NCBI GenBank assembly: GCA_026770705.1
Contig: JANJGN010000014.1
Location: 77,252,001-77,316,000 of the forward strand
Source of the DNA: Isurus oxyrinchus
Taxonomy: Eukaryota
DNA length: 64,000 nt
Reading direction: 5' to 3'
The translations under genes and the position numbers were made by a program. Below the pieces are notes generated by a model. It was not told where the DNA came from. It saw only the letters and a program-made list of their open reading frames with translations, and ran no database searches. Shown piece after piece: positions 61,575-64,000 of this stretch (positions are counted from its first letter, which is position 1; every line of letters begins with the position of its first letter).

Positions 61575-64000
61575 TTTTATTCCTTTCTCCCTCTTGTGCA
61601 TATCTAGCTTCCCCTTGAATGCATCTGCACTATTCGCCTCCACTACTCCCTGTGATAGTGAGTTTCATGTATTAATCACCTGATAATTCGCCTGAATTAT
61701 CTATTGGCTTTATTAATGACTATCATGTGTTTATGGCCCACTTCTGGTCTTGCCCGCAAGTGGAAACATCTTCTCTATAGGAACAGGAGTAGGCTATTTA
61801 GCCCGTTGAGCCAGCACCGCCATTCAATTACATCATGGCTGATCATCTACCTCAATGCCACTTTCCCACGCTATCTCCATATCCTTTGATGTCATTGGTC
61901 TCCAGAAATCTATCGATTTCCATCTTGAACATACACAATGATTGAGCTTCCAGAGTCCTCTGGGGTAGAGAATTCCAAAGGTTCATCACCCTCTGAATGA
62001 AGAAATTCCTCCTCATCTCAGTCTTAAATGGCCTACCCCCTGTTCTGAGACTGTGTCCCTGGATTCTAGGCTCACCAGCTAGGAGAAACATCCTATCTAC
62101 ATCCATCCTGTCATGCCCTGTAAGAATTTTGTAAGTCTCAATGAGATCACCTCTCATTCCTTGAAACTCTAGAGAATACAGGCCTAATTTCCGCAATTTC
62201 CCCATATAAGACAATCCTGCCATCCCAGGGATTAATTTGGTAAACCTTTGTTGCACTCTTTCTATGGCAAGTATATCCTTCCTTAGTTAAGGAGATTAAG
62301 ACTGTACACAATATTCCAGGTGCTGTCTCATAAAGGCTCTATACTATTGCAGCAAGACATCTTTACTTCTGTACTCAAATCCCCTTGCAATTAATGCCAA
62401 TACACCATTTGTCTTCCTTATTGCACCTGCACGCTAACTTCTAGTGACTCATGAACAAGGACACCCAGGTCCCTTTGGACAACAACACTTCCCAACCTCT
62501 CACCATTTAATAAATATTCTGTCTTCCTGTTTTTTTTCTACCAAAGTGGGAAAAAGTCTATATATAAAAGTCTACACTATTAAACCCTTTCATAATTTGA
62601 AGACCTCGATCAGGATTTTTTTCTAAAGAAAAGAGCCCTTGTCTATTCAATCTTTCCCGATATATATTACCTCTTAGCTTTGGTATTATTCTAGTAAATC
62701 TGTTTGCACCTTCTCCAGTGCACTGTATCCTTTTTATAAGATAGAGACCATAATTGATTGCAGTAACAAGTGTGGTCTAATCAAGGTTCCATACAAGTTT
62801 AACATAACCTATCTATTTTTCAATTCTATCCCTCTAGAAATGAACTATAGTGCTTTGTTTGCTTTCTTAAAAGGCCTTGTTAACCTGTGTCAATATGTTT
62901 AGTGATTCGTGTACCTGTGACCCTAGATTCCTCTGCTTCTCTACCTCGCTTGGACACTTATTTTCCAAGGAGTATGTGTCTTCTTTATTCTCCCCACTAA
63001 AGTGTATCACCTCAATGGCAATCATCCTCTGAATTAACTACACCTACACTATATGGTGTCTACACAAATTTTGAAATTGTACACCTGAGTCTACTTTGTT
63101 TATATAAATGGTGAATGACAGTGGGCCCTTATTACATTATCTCTTTCTAGACTACAGTAATGCAAACAAAGCTGAAGTCAGGCATAGAGGTTGAACACAG
63201 ATCTTTAACGGAGGCTTCTTACTGATGCTCAATGCTGTCAGCTCACTACTGCTGCCACCGTGTTATATTATCTCTTTCTAGATTAATACAAACAAGCTGT
63301 AGACAGGCATAGAGGCTGAACACAGATCTTTAATGGAGGCTTCTTCTTACTGCTGCTATATGTGCTGCTTACTGTGTAGACTAACTAAAATGGTTGCTGT
63401 ATCATGTACCATTGCATGATTTCCTGTGATGACATAACAATTACATAATCATATTTAAATTAGCATATTTTACATCTTAACAGGCAACAATATCACAACA
63501 GGCCAAGCAGAGATCCTTGTGGAACACCATTTCCTACCTTTTGCAAGTCCAAGTAACTAGCTTTAACACCTACTTACTGTTTTCTGTTTTATAGCCAGTT
63601 AGCTATTCATTCCACTGCTTTTCCCTGATTCCACATGCTCTAATCTTTGACATGAGTCTAGTATGTGATACCTTATTGAAGGCCCTTTGAAAATCTAAGT
63701 ATATTTTGTCAACTACATTACCCTTATCTACTCTTTGTATTGCTTCAAAAAATTCAAGATGCTTAGTGAAGTATGACCTTCCGTTTTGAAATCCATGCTA
63801 AGTTCTCTTAATTATGTTTTAAGTTTCTAGATGTTTTTCTCTCACATCTTTGAGTAAGGATTATATTATTTTTCCTACTCCTGACATTAAGATAATTGTT
63901 ATATAGTTCACTGGTCTTGTTCTTTCTTCCAGTTAAAATTTAGGAATCATCTTGGCTGCTGGCCACCTAATTTTCTAGCACTATTGCCTTTTCTAATGAA
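61575..64000 (-). mobile_element. Nested, decayed CR1 elements (inner copy ~61778-62545)
   Basis: QRFTKLIPGMAGLSY..GDLIETYKIL; RT remnants (LDFQRAFNKV) near 63660-63710. Confidence 0.8.
63131..63482. repeat. Tandem ~100-bp duplication, possibly a short LTR-like insertion
   Basis: attatctctttctaga..caggcatagagg.tgaacacagatcttta..ggaggcttctt occurs twice; second copy bounded by TGTTA (63261) and TAACA (63482); no TSD. Confidence 0.55.

Noticed and set aside
47400-64000. Exons of the expected neighbour MYO3B
   Set aside because: No kinase or myosin-like peptide with splice sites was recognised in any frame.

Overview
Vertebrate genomic DNA, most likely a cartilaginous fish (shark); this is inferred from the repeat families, and the species cannot be determined. 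The only host gene I can support is the 3' end of UBR3 (E3 ubiquitin ligase) on the + strand. It has six coding exons (4166-4273, 8653-8778, 18458-18640, 23979-24188, 29880-30019, 44862-44979) that splice in frame to the C-terminus ...HINKRWGPHYNGL*, followed by a ~2.4 kb repeat-free 3'UTR with a poly(A) signal at 47324. Most of the rest is decayed, often nested mobile DNA: CR1 and L2 LINEs, an RTE fragment, tRNA-derived SINEs, solo LTRs, PIF/Harbinger MITEs with a decayed Harbinger transposase, a hAT-like MITE and three Penelope-like (PLE) insertions. The most notable observations are (i) a 2.6 kb tail-out inverted Penelope insertion with hammerhead-ribozyme-like motifs, (ii) an apparently ORF1-less CR1-group LINE whose 5' end is the tRNA-like head of a SINE that also shares its 3' tail, and (iii) a locally templated inverted duplication. 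All calls were made by eye with no database searches; repeat boundaries without a stated TSD or TIR are approximate.
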